This document shows, one piece after another, positions 1 through 12,242 of a stretch of DNA of 64,000 nt. Numbering within the stretch: position 1 is the stretch's first letter; every line of letters starts with the position of its first letter. The position numbers and the translations under genes are program-made. Location of the stretch: positions 124,806,001 to 124,870,000 of the forward strand of contig OZ024741.1 of the NCBI GenBank assembly GCA_964016885.1, given 5' to 3'. Below the pieces are notes generated by a model that searched no databases, had not been told where the DNA came from, and saw only the letters and a list, made by a program, of their open reading frames with translations. The stretch is from Eledone cirrhosa (lineage: Eukaryota).

Positions 1-88
1 ACACGAGTGAAAGTATAAAGAAAAAGAGATGAAATCGAAAATGCAACTGGAGTCTTATTTTTTTTTAAATATATATATTTATTTGGTT

Positions 89-126
89 CCTTTACCGGTT
101 TCGCAGTTCTTCTGCTTTTCAAAAGG
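89..126 (-). ncRNA. Minimal type I hammerhead ribozyme, variant U3-A8 core (family B)
   Basis: Reverse strand reads CCUU-UUGAAAA-GCAG aagaa CUGC-GAAA-CCGG-UA|AAGG. Stem I is CCUU/AAGG, stem II is GCAG/CUGC, and stem III is the palindrome ACCGGU. Confidence 0.72.
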
Positions 127-157
127 TGAGTTGAGATGGAGGGTCTGTGGTTTTTCT

Positions 158-215
<58 letters not shown>

Positions 216-789
216 TATATAAATATGAATGAACATACACTGAGTCACATATCATAGGAATTGATTTCTGCCTCTCCCTTATCGGTATTTTTTAACACAA
301 CATATATGTGTATATTTAATGTGTATGTTTGTGCGTGTAAATATTAAAGAGACCAAGAAATATAGAAACACACGTTACGTATTATTACAGTAGATGTTTC
401 AGTGAATAAGAATTAATTTGTTTGAATTTTGGAGAATTTTAGACAAGTCATAATTGTCATTTACTCGGGTCTACCTAAAATTTGTGAGTGAAACTGGAGA
501 TACGGATATTGTCTGGAAGAATGTCAAAGAGCCAGACTTCTCTCACCCTGTCAAGCTGAATCTCCCTGAACATTTCGTTACGGTTCTGGCTGTTACTGGA
601 ACCCTCAGCCACTTTCATGTTACTGGATGTTCCGTTGATCCTATCGTATGCATGTTCCTCTCTTATTTCTAAAATACATTCATGGTGTCAAAAGGTATTG
701 AATATATTTAAGTTATATTCCAATATCTATTCAAACTGAATTAGATTGTAATGTATGTGTTCTGCAATAAATACAGTATTTTTCTTTAA

Positions 790-1085
790 TCTCCGTCATT
801 TGCTACGATGAGTGTTCCGTTTATTCTAACAACGGACAGCCTGCTCGTGAAATTAAGCACTGCGCACTTATGTGTACCCATTACTTTTTTCTCAGACAGA
901 TTCAATGTGACACAGTGTATGTCGAGACCGGCAATTTGAATTACGCGTAGCGTTCATTTTCTCCAACTGAGTAGACTGGTACAACGTGAAATAAGGTGAT
1001 TTGCTCAAGGAGAAAATGCAATGCGTGTGTCACGAATCGAAATCCAGATTTACGAATGTGAACCGAATAACCTAACCACTAAATC
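790..1085 (-). mobile_element. Diverged tRNA-derived SINE (family 2)
   Basis: The minus strand has a tRNA-like head (A/B-box remnants near 1030-1085). The body resembles copies at 25130-25490, 27700-27893 and 63385-63578. Confidence 0.55.
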
Positions 1086-1956
1086 AAAAAAATACTCGGT
1101 TTTATGCGGAAGCCGTATTGAGCTAATTAGACCCATTGTTACAACTAATTGATATTTACTGTAATATATTTAATCCCATTAGACATTATAAAGTTGTACA
1201 AACTGCAATATTAGTAAGTGAGTATATATTAAAATTTGAAATATCTCAATAAGATCACTTTCTTTTAAAACTACGAAAGCCAAAGTGATTAATGGAATAT
1301 AACTTAGCAGGGGATCAATTTACAATAATTTATATGAGAAGTATCCTAATCGATGTTATTTTGGACATTTAATATATCATGCGATATATCATTCTTTCTT
1401 TTACTGGTTTCAGTCAATATAATGCGGCCATTTAGTCTATCACATCAACAATAGTACTTATTTGTGCAAGTTAAGTACTTATTTTATCGATCCAGGAATA
1501 AACTTAGAAAGATACATGCAGATAATAATAAATATTGTTTAATATTTATTCTTATACAGACATTACGTAATATGACAGCTGCAGCTTGAAAAAGTCTGTC
1601 TTCACTTTACTCATATTTAGCGTGGGTTGGTGGTTGGGAAATATGAATGATGTCTGAGTTAGGGATTATGGAGGATGTCGTGGATCTAGTATAAACATTT
1701 AGTTTGCAATAGGCTTTGATTTATTGAGTGTATTAGGTATAATTTTGGCATTCGATGGTCTTATCCACTGGGTGTTTTGTTTATTGTTGCTTTTGTTTTC
1801 GTAATGTATTATTTATGTAGAGGGACATACAGTGGTTACTTCATATTTGTCCTAGGGGTATCTACATTCGAATTTATGTATCTGACGGTCATATTTGCTT
1901 AATTACAGACACACATATATATATGTGTGTGTGTATGTACGAGTGTGAATGTATGA

Positions 1957-2026
<70 letters not shown>

Positions 2027-2352
2027 GTGTGGGGGGCGGGGGTATAAATATATTTATATATAGATATATAGATATATACAGAGGGAGGGAGAGATCGAGA
2101 GAGAGATCAGGATTTTACCAGTTTCAACAAAGTAAGACCAATATTCTGCAAAGTATTCAATGCTTGGGACAGTAGAGTGAAACTATATTAAACAGAATTG
2201 GGACCAACGACTGAGCTCTTGCCGTTTCGATAGCTATTTCCTAACGAAAATACGCTAAATTTAGTTTAATTTTAGGTTTAATCAATACAAATAAAATATA
2301 TATATTCACTCACACACACATACACATTTATATATATATATATATATATATA

Positions 2353-2542
2353 TAACAAAGAAGGTGTGGTAAGATACCAGGTGGGCCATAATGCACCAGA
2401 ATACACGATACTTAGGGTAGTAGAGTGGATAATAGGCAAAGAGTCAGTTAGATCCGAACTAAACCAGCAGTATACTATTGGCTTAGTTCGGATCTAGCAG
2501 TCGAAACGACCGGAGCTCAGTCGTAGAGGTCCTGTCTGTTTT

Positions 2543-2545
<3 letters not shown>
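2353..2545. mobile_element. (TA)n-flanked foldback pLTR cassette, diverged relative of family A, with 3' half of a hammerhead
   Basis: 2353-2436 resembles the family A tail at 31658-31742. The right arm reads GUC-GAAA-CGAC cggagcuca GUCG-UA|GAGGUCC. The 5' core strand is missing. Confidence 0.65.
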
Positions 2546-2637
<92 letters not shown>

Positions 2638-2639
<2 letters not shown>

Positions 2640-3740
2640 GGCAACACTAGCGAAGCAATTCTCATGTTTAATAACGTTAAGAACAAGAATAAGTCTAAGT
2701 TTATACAATTTGACATCGACGAATACTACTCTTCAATCTCACCCCGAACTTTACGTAAAGCCCTATCTTTGCCAAAGTCAATTTTGACCTAACGGAGGAC
2801 GAAATTAATATTATTCTAGAGGCTAGGAAAACTATTATCAAGTTTGATAACTGCTACTGGGAACGTAAGGACAGACCACAAACTTCGACATTACCATGGG
2901 CTCTCAACGACTCAGCGGAGGTCACCGATCTTGTGGGAATTTACATAGCCCACATACTACATGGAAATTTTAGTAATCTACAGGAGGTAATATATAGAGA
3001 TGACGCGCTCTTATTAGTTAATAAGATAAATAACCAAAATCTTGAAAGGCTACGGAAAAACATTAGAAAATCTTTTAGTGAACTGGGTCTAAAAAGAAGG
3101 TACGAATCTTAAAGTAGTAAATTTTCTAGACGTAACTCTTAATTTAAATACCGGACTGATACGACCCTTGCACAAGATAAATGAGAACCTTACCTATATC
3201 AAATTTAACTCAAACCACCCACTTTCCATGATCAAATCGGTTCCCCGTAGTATTTCTCTTAGAATCTCTCGCCTATCGTCTAACTCTGAGATTTCTAGTG
3301 AACATGCTGAATACTATAATAATGCATTAAGGAATGCCGACCACCGGGATACAATAGAATACATTGATAAGAATCTCCATAACACACATAGCTCTACACG
3401 AAATCAAGGAATACTTACCCGGCGTACAGAAATACAAGCGCACACACGCTGTACCACCAGACATAATAATAATAGAAAATCATCACCAAATAAATCACGT
3501 TGTAGAAAGTATATCTGGTAAAATCCCATTTTTAATGCTTCGCTTAGTACAAAACTCTCTTTCATTCTTTAAGTTAATCAACAAGCATTTCCCTAGTTCC
3601 CATAAATACAGTAAGATTCTAAACTCTAAGACCATTAAGCTATCATGCTCCACTGGACCAAACCTTGAAGCATACATAAAAAAAAACTTAACTTAAAGCA
3701 ATTAAACAACACTACAAAACAAAATACTTTAATAACAGAT
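2638..3740 (+). pseudogene. Degenerate Penelope-like reverse transcriptase and linker fragment
   Basis: Frameshifted motifs FIQFDIDEYYSSI, FDITMGS, DSAEVTDLVGIY, YRDDALL, NFLDVTLNL and KHFPSSHKYSKILNSKTIKLS. It starts directly after a (TA)n tract. Confidence 0.85.
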
Positions 3741-4282
3741 GAGCATAACGTAGTATCGGCCTCCCAACCACTAAATGGGAGACGGGTATTACACAACCCA
3801 CCTATACTGTTATCCCAACCTCGGTGGAATTTGAACTCAGAACATTAAAGGGCTATGACTCTATGCTGAAAAGCATGGTGTCTGACGCTCTCTCGATACT
3901 GCCAATCCACCGCCCTTACCGAGACTTGTGGAAGAGCCCTTCTCTCACTGTCTGAACAGTAATAGAACAAATCAAACTTGGATATCAGATATATGAAGAC
4001 TTGTTTAATTAATTATGTATTTATTTTTCATATTATTTAATTATTTATTATTTTTTAATTAATAAAATTCTGACATCAAAATCATTCTGCTATATTCTCA
4101 TTAAATACTCATTTTTTACTATCCAGTTGCATTAAAATTAGTCAGCATTCTCGAGTCGTGTTTCTTTGAAAAATGATATGATCAGAGACGTGTGTTTAAA
4201 CTGAATCAATTACATTGTGGAAGGACTAATTTGAATAAAACATACACATATAACAACTATTATGTTTTACTATTATTTATAA

Positions 4283-5290
4283 ATGTGCTATGCAGCATGG
4301 AGTTATTGGTTATTTTGTATTCTGAGTTCAAATCCCTCCAAGGCTAGCTTTGCCTTTCATCTTTACGGGGTCGATAAAATAAAGTACCAGTCACGCACTG
4401 GTCGATTTAATCACCCCACCCCCACCCCCCCAAAAAAAATATTGCTGTCTTGTGCCTATATAAGAAAGCATTATTATTTATAAATTATTCTTATAGGGTG
4501 GTGGATTGGCAGTATCGGTAGAGGGTCGGACGCCATGCTTTGCAGCAAAGAGTTACGGCCCTTTATGGTCTGAGTTCAAATCCCGCCGAGGTTAACTTTG
4601 TCTTTCATCCTTACGAGGTCGATAAAATAAAGTACCAGTAATGCACTGGGATAATTGTCGGCCTTGTGCCAAAAGTAGAAATAATTATTATTTATAAATG
4701 TGCTATGCAACATGGAATTATTGGTTATTTTGTATTCTGAGTTCAAATCCCGCCGAGGTTAACTTTGCCTGTCATCTTTATAGGGTCGATAAAATAAAGT
4801 ACCAGTAATGCACTGGGTCGATTTCATTGACTTCCCCCCTCCTCCAAAATTGTTGGCCTTGTGCCTAAATCAGAAACCATTATTCTTTATAAATATGCTA
4901 TACAACATAGAGTTATGGACTTTATATTTTGAGTTCAAATCCCGCCGAGGTTAGCTTTTTATTTCATACTGATGTGATCGATAAACTAAAGCAACAGTAA
5001 CGCACTGCAGTCAATTTGAAATTATTGGCCTTGTGCCGTAATCAGAAACCCTTATTTATGAATATGAGGGAGGTGGATTGATAATATCAGTAGAGCCTCG
5101 GATACCATGTGTCGCAGCATTGAGTTACGGCTCTTTACGTTCTGATTTCAAACTCCGACTGAGGCTAGATTTTCGTCCTTATGGAGTCGTTAAAATAAAG
5201 TACCAGTAACGCAGAGGGGTCGATTTTATCGCCTTTTCTCTTTGGCCAAATTGCTGACCTTATGACTAAATCAGAAACTATTATTATTTA
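4283..5290 (+). mobile_element. Tandem cluster of about 5 tRNA-derived SINE copies (family 1, Deu/Nin-like core)
   Basis: Repeats of GAGTTCAAATCCCGCCGAGG (B-box) followed by GCCTTTCATCCTTACGGGGTCGATAAAATAAAGTACCAG at about 4325, 4572, 4739, 4931 and 5143. Confidence 0.85.
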
Positions 5291-6941
5291 TAAATGTATG
5301 CAGTCATATCTGAGTGATTGAGAATTTCGATTAGCAATTATGAGGTCTTGTTCCACTTAACTGTTTGTCAACTTAGACAAGAGTCTTTAGTCGACCCAAA
5401 CCTCATTAGGACTTCTATAGAATTTTCCACTACTTATAGTAGAAAATTCTATAGAACTCCGTAGGATGGGTTTTACCTGTAATTGATAAGTCCAGCCTTG
5501 TCCTACTTGTGTCACGTGATACCTGTATCTCAAAGGACAAATCTTATCACATATTGTGATACGTTGTACCTGTAATTCAATTGATCAATCTCTTCACATT
5601 GCGGGATTCACTATATCTGTAATTTAGTGGGCCAGTCATGTCACATACTCTGTCATGCTGATTATGCTTGGAAATTACGTCATGAGTAAACCTGCTTGTG
5701 GATAAAAAAACAATCACTTATATGTTAATTAATGAATTGAACGTTCTGTTGGTCGATCGACTGAATCGTCGTCGGCAAAAACTGACGCAGGATTCAACAG
5801 ATATGGAATATCATTCTTTTTTCTCTCTGCTTATCCCCTCTCTCTCTCTCCGCCACTCTTTCTCTCCGTCTCTCTCCCACCCTCTCTTTCTCTCACTCTC
5901 TCTATCTATCTATCTATCTCTATCTTTCTATCTTTCCGTGTTGTAATAACTAAAATTGTTCTTCCCTGATTCTATTTTTAATAAAACCAAAGCCTGCATG
6001 AAATGTAAAATACACGCACCATTATTTCATTTTAGTCTAATTCATTCTTTCCATTTCTATTCATTTTAAAATTGCAGAATCTTCATACAATTTATATTTT
6101 TGTTTTTGTTTTCATTTGTTTTCTTTTGTTTCGTGTATTCGGTGATAAACTTGTATCATATATTTATATCTTACAACAATTTTAAATTAAGATTTTCAAT
6201 ATAGTTTTCCGTGTTGGTTTTTTTATGCGTGCTAGAAAGACATAATACATTATACGGCATTCGAGATTCAGACTAAAAGGTTTACAGAATATTGTTTCGT
6301 TCCGAAATGTGTTAAATTAAATTACAGCTATGCATCGACTTTGTTTTAGATTTCCTTTGGGAAAATATAATGTGCATCATATATTGATGCGTGATTGCGC
6401 CCCGGATAAAGCAAAATGTTCTTTAGGTTATAGAGAGCAATATTCAGATACAATTACATTTCCTGGTGGGAACTTGAAAAAACAAAATATGTTGTACTTC
6501 CAGCTATCTATAGAATAATTTGCAGTATTGTCTTCCTTACATATAGCATTCGTTTGCAAAATTGAAAATGGGATTGTGTGTGATGTATATACTTTTCACT
6601 TTTCGATTCAAGTAGTAAAACATGACCTGTTTTTTTATTCATTATTTGCACATAATTATTTCTAAACCTACACGCACACATAACAAATAATACGGATATT
6701 CTATTATACTTTTATGTTGTTATTATTGTTGTGGTCATGCTGTGCCACCTTTTTAACGATTAGCTGATAATGTGTACACCAGTCTGCTACTTATTTTATC
6801 GAATTCCATTTGTCGAAAGAATCATAAGGAAACAGCAGCAGTTGTTAGAGGTGTGCAAATGTAAACTCACGCACACACACACACTTACAGCACCCACCCC
6901 TAGCCGATATATAAATGAATATATAAATAAGCATATATATA

Positions 6942-7087
<146 letters not shown>

Positions 7088-7307
7088 TGCGCGTGTGTGT
7101 GAACGTATAATATATAACTGATTAATTAGAGATATAGAATTCGATGCGTGGAGAAAGTTATATTCATTTTATTTTATGTGCAATATTATACCAGTGATTT
7201 GAGGGGCAGAATTTTAATGCACTTGCAGAACCCATCACCCTATTCTTCCTACACTCTCTCTGCCTCTCCCTTTACTTCACTTACTTTCCTTACCTCATTT
7301 TCTCACG

Positions 7308-7358
<51 letters not shown>

Positions 7359-7549
7359 GGTTTGAGGTTCACCACTGGATAGAGCTGGTCAATTCCGTAT
7401 GGTCAATCTTAATGTAATAATATGGAGAGTACTCAACGTAAAGCAGTTCAACCGTCTTTGTTTTTGTAGTTGGTGGTGCTAGTGCGGAGTTAAATATTAT
7501 AATGAAATGACAGGAGGCTGGACTTGTGTAAATCCTTGAAAGGTTTATT

Positions 7550-7607
7550 ATACTATGATCATTTCAATGACCGGGTTCCGTATGAAATCGGTGATATCAT
7601 CAGGTAT
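7550..7607 (-). ncRNA. Minimal type I hammerhead ribozyme
   Basis: Reverse strand reads AUAC-CUGAUGA-UAUCACCG...CGGUCAUU-GAAA-UGAUCA-UA|GUAU, with palindromic stem III AUGAUCAU. Confidence 0.7.
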
Positions 7608-7740
7608 TCGAAATATAATAAATGAATGTAATAGATAAAATCCATGAGACTGAAAATCAAAGACCTGAGGACGACCGCCAGGCAGCATCTTCCACCTTTG
7701 CCGGTCGCCCTCGAGTGAGGTGGCTAAAGCTTATAGTGTG

Positions 7741-8232
7741 CTACTACCGGTCAAATAGAGGAAAACAGAAATGGAGAGGAAGATAAGTCAGCTTTAATAT
7801 CATGCCACAAGAAAAAAGAAGAAGGGGGAAGGAAGAAAAGGAAGAAGAAGAAAAGTCAGGGTTAGTGTCCAGCTACAAGAAGAAAGACAGAAAGAAAGAG
7901 GAAGATAGGTCGGTACTAATGTCCAACTACAGTCAGGCCAGGAATGTCGCGAAAAAATTTATTCTAAGGGACCCGTATGTTAACAACTACTACCGATCAA
8001 ATATAGGCAAACAAAAAGGGGGAGAAAGATAAGTCAGCGTTAATATCATGCCACAAGAAGAAAGACAGAAAGAAGGGGGAAGAGAAGGAAGAAAAGGAAG
8101 AAGAAGAAAAGTCAGGGTTAATGTCGAGCTACAAGAAGAGAGAAAGAAAGAGAAAGAAAGGTCGGTACTAATGTCAGACTACAGTCAGGCAAGGAATGGC
8201 GCGAAAATTTTTTTTTCGAAGGGACCCGTATC
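7741..8232. repeat. Two tandem ~246 bp units with internal motif/purine-tract subrepeats
   Basis: CTACTACCG.TCAAATA starts at 7741 and 7987. Each unit has 4 related GTCAG/GTCGG..TAAT.TC motifs, mostly separated by A/G tracts. Confidence 0.8.
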
Positions 8233-8554
8233 TTAGCAGAGGGTCTGTATGTTATAATGCGTTACATTTTTGTTTAGATTTATAGGATAAAGTTAAAAAA
8301 TTAATATTTAATATTAACATTATAAAATTAAAGAAATTAGAAAATTGAAAGTTTAACATTTTTAACGTTGCGAGGTTTAAGCAAAGAAAGAGTCTTTTAT
8401 GAAGAAACTTAAATTTTATTATAGAGTTATTTTATGATAGAGTTATTTTATTTATTATAGAGTTATTTTATTATAGAGTTATTTTATTTATTATAGTTAT
8501 TTTATTATAGAGTTATTTTATTTATTATAGAGTTATTTTATTATAGAGTTATTT

Positions 8555-8621
<67 letters not shown>

Positions 8622-9659
8622 GTATGGTGAGCTCATGTGGGGACATGCAAATTTATAGTATCTCAGTGCATGAGCATACCACTCTTTACAATAACCGTAT
8701 CCCCTCAGCGCTTCATAAAAGGCCGAGAGATCCGCTACATGTGTGTGTATGTGTGTGTGTGTGTGTGTGTTCGCGTGTGCGTGTGTGTGTGTCTGTGGTA
8801 GTATACTATTACGTGAATCTAATGTCCTTTGTCTTAGTACGAATGCCCGAATGGATGCATCTGAATATCACCCTATCAAACGTTGCGATGTATTTCTAAA
8901 AGTTTAGCTGACTGGTAATATATATTAGCATATTTGGAATCATTGCTCTAAATATATCCCAGAATACGTCAAACATCTAAGACATCAAAATATGTGTTGA
9001 CCACTGTAAATGAAATATAACGGTAAATGAAAGCCAGAGAATAATAACTTGGTAATTGCTAATTATTTGGCTGACAAAAATGCTAACGAAACCATTAATT
9101 CCAATATATAAGATTGACAGCCAATATAATTGGATGTTGAAGATTAATATCTTAGAGAAGGAACTCCATATTTATTTAGTTTAAGATACATAATTGAATT
9201 TATGTTTCTCTTTGATATATATTATTTTTCATATAATTTTCAGCTAATATGGTGGTATTCTTTTCAAGTAAATGATGCTGCTTCCAAGTAATTATTTTCT
9301 ACGGATGCTCCAATAAACATAAAGATTGTTATTCTATAAACTCAGTATAAAATAGAATAAATAACGAATACAAAGAGATTATATTAAAGGTAGCATTCTC
9401 GTTAAGAAATCATTTCAAAGATTTGATATCTTAATGGAAATGTATACTTAATAAATAGAAAATTATAAAGAGACATGATCATTTGTTCTTTTATTTTTTT
9501 TTAAATTGAATTCTAAATCAAATAATTAAATCAAATAATAAAAATGTATAAAATAATCAATCTAAAATCAACACATACCTATTTGATGTTTAACACTATT
9601 AAATGTCTCTTCATTGATATCTAACGCAATAAAATCTAACGAAATAAGAGTACCTAAGT

Positions 9660-9726
<67 letters not shown>

Positions 9727-9790
9727 CATATATATATATATATAAAAAGACAGACTAAGAAAGTTATATATGTATGTATAGAAATGTATG

Positions 9791-9828
<38 letters not shown>

Positions 9829-9833
9829 TATGG

Positions 9834-10437
9834 TCAGGTCACCAGTTGGTGCTACTGGTAACATGTATCCCAGTACAACCTGTCTCATGGTCGGGTCGTT
9901 GGCGACTAAACTGGCAACCCCACCAAGGTTTCTTGGTGAGGAGGGTGACTTTGGACATCCTGCAGGACTAAAAACAAAACCTGTCAAAGGGAAAAGGAGC
10001 TCTTATGAGTCAATGGCCATCCAAAATCACCGGGAGAGATGATCCCTTAGCCTTCTAGGCAGACTTCTAGGAGAAGGAAAACTCTGATATAACACCTGCA
10101 ACCCTGATGGTATCCAATGATGTTGACTTATTCTTCTTTTTGGTAAATATCATCTTGGTTAAGAGAGTGGGACTGGCTTTGTGCAGTGCCTTTGCTCACT
10201 ATAAAAGCTTCAGGGCACAGGCATTGCTTTATATCTGGAGATCTCTCTGCACTTGTCGTCACATGGTACCATGGGCCCAACACTGTGTCAATAATTGTCG
10301 CAAGTGAAGTGTTTGTACCAGAGTTTTCAAGTCGCTGGCTGGACTAAAAAGTCACATTCGTTCAGCGCATTGGTAGGGGTTCTCCTACATGGATATAAAG
10401 TAGTGGTCGTACTCGAAAACGAGTTGGCAGCCACCAT
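9834..10437 (+). mobile_element. Non-autonomous RTE-type retroposon (~600 bp, bipartite)
   Basis: RTE-like 5' motif CTAGGAGAAGGAAAACTCTG and a 3' remnant C2H2-like peptide (SVCTRVFKSLAGLKSHIRSAH). Near-identical copies lie at 11498-12104 (-) and 49444-50052 (+). Confidence 0.75.
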
Positions 10438-10447
10438 ATATAGGTAT

Positions 10448-10478
<31 letters not shown>

Positions 10479-10480
<2 letters not shown>

Positions 10481-11247
10481 TAAAATATAGAGAAAAATAC
10501 TGCAGGTAGCACATGGATAACATGTAATAAAATAAGTCCCTCATCAGTGATTTGCTGAAGATCATAGATATTTCATTGCATTAAAAATCATATATCTCAC
10601 GTCGGTGCAATAATAACCAAAATAAGTTATTAGGACAATTAAAACGCGTAAAGCGAGTGAGACAGGAGAACAACAAAAAGTATAGCTAACCGTAGAGGAC
10701 AGAAACAAGCTTCAAAAATTATTCTGTTTAGCGTAAGCTAGGTGAATATATGAGCGCTTAGAGAATAGATCCTACACGAACGAAGACTATGAGCAGAGAG
10801 AGAAAAATAGCGTTCGTGGTGTGCAGGATGAAATGAAGAGAAGAGAGAGAAAAACAGTGAGTGAGTGAAAGTGTGAGGAAGAGTTAACGGACATGACAGA
10901 GGGGGAGAAACAGAGAGAATGGGGGAACAGTAAGAGAGAGATAAAAAAACACAGAATCGCATTGGTAAATATATGTATTAAAATATAGAGAAAAATACTG
11001 CAGGTAGCACATGGATAACATGTAATAAAATAAGTCCCTCATCAGTGATTTGCCGAAGATCATAGATATTTCATTGCATTAAAAATCATATATCTCACGT
11101 CGGTGCAATAATAACCAAAATAAGTTATTAGGACAATTAAAACGCGTAAAGCGAGTGAGACAGGCGAACAACAAAAAGTATAGCTAACCGTAGAGGACAG
11201 AAACAAGCTTCAAAAATTATTCTGTTTAGCGTAAGCTAGGTGAATAT
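10479..11247. repeat. (TA)n-flanked partial tandem duplication (~270 bp repeat, ~498 bp period), pLTR-like
   Basis: 10479-10750 is repeated at 10977-11247 with very few mismatches. Both ends abut (TA)n. Confidence 0.8.
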
Positions 11248-11260
11248 ATATATATATATA

Positions 11261-11450
11261 GTGGTGGAACACTGGAAGGTAATAACCGTAGTGGCAGAGC
11301 ACTCAGTCCAAGGGACGAGTTAGATAGAAGTGGTTACATAACAGTTAGTTCACCATACCGAGAACAATTGTATCACCTTCGCGGATCCTGAAGATCCGCG
11401 AAGGTGAAACAATTGTTCTCGGTATGGTGAACTAACTGTTGCGTAACCAC

Positions 11451-11453
<3 letters not shown>
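11261..11453. mobile_element. (TA)n-flanked foldback pLTR cassette (family D) with hammerhead core at the apex
   Basis: Inverted arms meet at about 11387. The right arm starts CUGAAGA-UCCGCGAAGGU-GAAA-CAAUUG-UU|CUCGG. An intact copy is at 53321-53360. Confidence 0.8.
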
Positions 11454-11497
<44 letters not shown>

Positions 11498-11502
<5 letters not shown>

Positions 11503-12104
11503 TGGCTGCCAACTCGTTTTCGAGTATGGCCACTACTTTATATCCATGTAGGAGAACCCCTACCGATGCGCTGAATGAGTGACTTTTTAGTCCAGCCAGC
11601 GACTTGAAAACTCTGGCACAAACACTACACCTGTGACAACTACTGACACACAGTGCTGGGCCCATGGTACCATGTGACAAGTGCAGAGAGATCTCCAGAT
11701 ATAAAGCAATGCCTGTGCCGTGAAGCTTTTATAGTGAGCAAAGGCACTGCACAAAGCCAGTCCCACTCTCTTAACCAAGATGATATTTACCAAAAAGAAG
11801 AACAAGTCAACATCATTGGATACCATCAGGGTTGCAGGTGTTATATCAGAGTTTTCCTTCTCCTAGAATTCTGCCTTGACAAAGGCTAAGGGGTCATCTC
11901 TCCCGGTGATTTTGGATGGCCATTGACTCTTAAGAGCTCCTTTGCCCTTTGACAGGTTTTGTTTTTAGTCCTGCAGGATGTCCAAAGTCACCCTCCTCAC
12001 CAAGAAACCTTGGTGGGGTTGCCAGTTTAGTCGCCAACGACCCGACCATGGGACAGGTTGTACTGGGATACATGTTACCAGTAGCACCAACTGGTGACCT
12101 GACA
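11498..12104 (-). mobile_element. Non-autonomous RTE-type retroposon copy
   Basis: Reverse complement of 9834-10437, bounded by (TA)n. Confidence 0.75.
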
Positions 12105-12242
12105 TAAATATATATATATATATATATACATACATATATATATATACATAAATATATATATATATATATATATACATACACACATACATATTTATATATA
12201 TATACATACATATAAAACTTTCTTAGTCTGTCTTTTTAGATA

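Noticed and set aside
7741-8232. CRISPR-like motif/spacer alternation
   Set aside because: The motifs are degenerate, the spacers are low-complexity and duplicated, the context is eukaryotic, and there are no cas genes.
10520-10580. Minus-strand GAAA-UAUC-UA|UGAU..AUCA-CUGAUGA-GGGAC resembling a type II hammerhead (also about 11020-11080)
   Set aside because: Stem I and both core strands are present, but I cannot pair stem II, so it is not called.
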